Both the position numbers and the translations under genes were made by a program. Source: a bacterium (GTDB lineage Bacteria > SM23-31). Taken from it: 64,000 bases of DNA. How positions within the stretch are numbered: position 1 is the stretch's first letter; the number at the start of each line of letters is the position of its first letter. This document shows positions 63,073 through 64,000 of the stretch, in pieces. The stretch is from positions 512,001-576,000 of the forward strand of contig OZ252239.1 of assembly GCA_965249485.1 (NCBI GenBank), in the 5' to 3' direction. The notes beneath the pieces are model-generated. The model was not told the DNA's origin and did not search any database. It saw only the letters and a list, made by a program, of their open reading frames with translations.

Positions 63073-64000
63073 TTTTCATAACCATTTTTATCCCCCGAAA
63101 TATCTGGAAGCGGTAAAAAAAGGACCCAGCTCTATAAAAATTACTTTTGACGATCAGGAGAATCCCCTGCTCCACTATCCCGGCGATTATAATATTATCG
63201 TTCCTGCGCACCGTGATATCAATCTCAGAACTGAAATACTCGATAAGACTGGTATCGATAAGCAGGTGTTGACGTTTACTTCACCGGGCACACATATCGA
63301 AACTCCTGAGCGGGCTGTAGAACTTGCATCTATGGTGAACGATATTTTTGCAGATATCATTAACCAGCATGACGATCACTTTACCGCATTGGCAACACTT
63401 CCCTTAAATGACCCTGAAGCATCGGTGCATGAACTTGAGAGAGCTGTAAATAAGCTAGGATTTAAAGGTGCAATGCTTTTCAGTAATGTAAACGGCACTG
63501 CTTTGAGTGATCAATGCTATTTGCCCCTCTATGAAAAAGCTCATGAACTCAATGTCGTATTTTATATCCACCCCATCCACCCGGTCGGCGTTGAAGCGAT
63601 GACAGACTACTGGCTCATGCCTCTGGTTGGATTTACTTTTGACACGACACTTGCAGCAGCAAAACTTGTATTCAGTGGTGTTGCAGAGAAATTCCCCGGA
63701 ATCACCTGGGTATTGGCACATCTCGGCGGTGCAATTCCGTATCTTGCCGAACGTCTTGACAGAGGGTATGAAGTATTTTCAGAGTGCCGCGAGAATATTA
63801 GTACACTGCCGAGTCAGCAGTTGAAGAAATTTTATTACGACACTGTCAATTTTGATCTCAACTGCCTACAGCTTGCGATTGATTTTGCAGGTGTCGATCA
63901 TATACTGGCCGGGAGTGACTATCCCCACCAGATTGGCAGTCTTGAAAAAATGGTTGATAGTATTAACTCTCTTGATCTTTCATCGAGCGAAAAAGAAGCG
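63059..64000 (+). CDS. Amidohydrolase-2 family protein (ACMSD/LigW-like decarboxylase or hydratase), runs off the window edge
   Basis: Not in the ORF track. Manual translation: MQIIDFHNHFYP...ATLPL...ELERA...YIHP...LAHLGGAIPYL.ERLD...FYYDT...GSDYPH; overlaps the permease stop. Confidence 0.9.
   Translation, partial: MQIIDFHNHFYPPKYLEAVKKGPSSIKITFDDQENPLLHYPGDYNIIVPAHRDINLRTEILDKTGIDKQVLTFTSPGTHIETPERAVELASMVNDIFADIINQHDDHFTALATLPLNDPEASVHELERAVNKLGFKGAMLFSNVNGTALSDQCYLPLYEKAHELNVVFYIHPIHPVGVEAMTDYWLMPLVGFTFDTTLAAAKLVFSGVAEKFPGITWVLAHLGGAIPYLAERLDRGYEVFSECRENISTLPSQQLKKFYYDTVNFDLNCLQLAIDFAGVDHILAGSDYPHQIGSLEKMVDSINSLDLSSSEKEA

Overview
Mostly chromosomal core-genome DNA from a diderm bacterium. 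SprA, an archaeal/eukaryotic-type ProRS, an N-terminal-only GlmU next to LytR_C and rsfS, and the parAB-M23-bactofilin-atpZ/I-atpB order point to the FCB superphylum or a related lineage (inference). Left part: truA-ecfT on the minus strand; then on the plus strand a site-2 protease, panC, short glmU, LytR_C protein, rsfS, PfkB kinase, mltG, pcrA/uvrD, a 1278-aa exported TPR protein, nadC, a hutG remnant and a formimidoyltransferase with a C2H2 zinc-finger-like insert. Middle (16-44 kb, all minus strand): an outer-membrane protein, proS, 7TM-HD, ybeY, sprA, two Cys-rich miniproteins, parAB, M23 peptidase, bactofilin, a complete H+-type atp operon, a second bactofilin, lepA, lepB, nth and an ABC exporter. 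Right part: JAB-DinG, purC, a CNNM protein, GH57, a broken SNase-like gene, a HAD hydrolase, an AT-rich patch flanked by two sigma28-like promoters, tandem AGCS symporters, mdh, an amber-interrupted APC permease and an amidohydrolase. I saw no CRISPR array, rRNA, tRNA or mobile element, and no single clear-cut novel system; the findings are leads. All family calls come from motif recognition by eye, without database searches.
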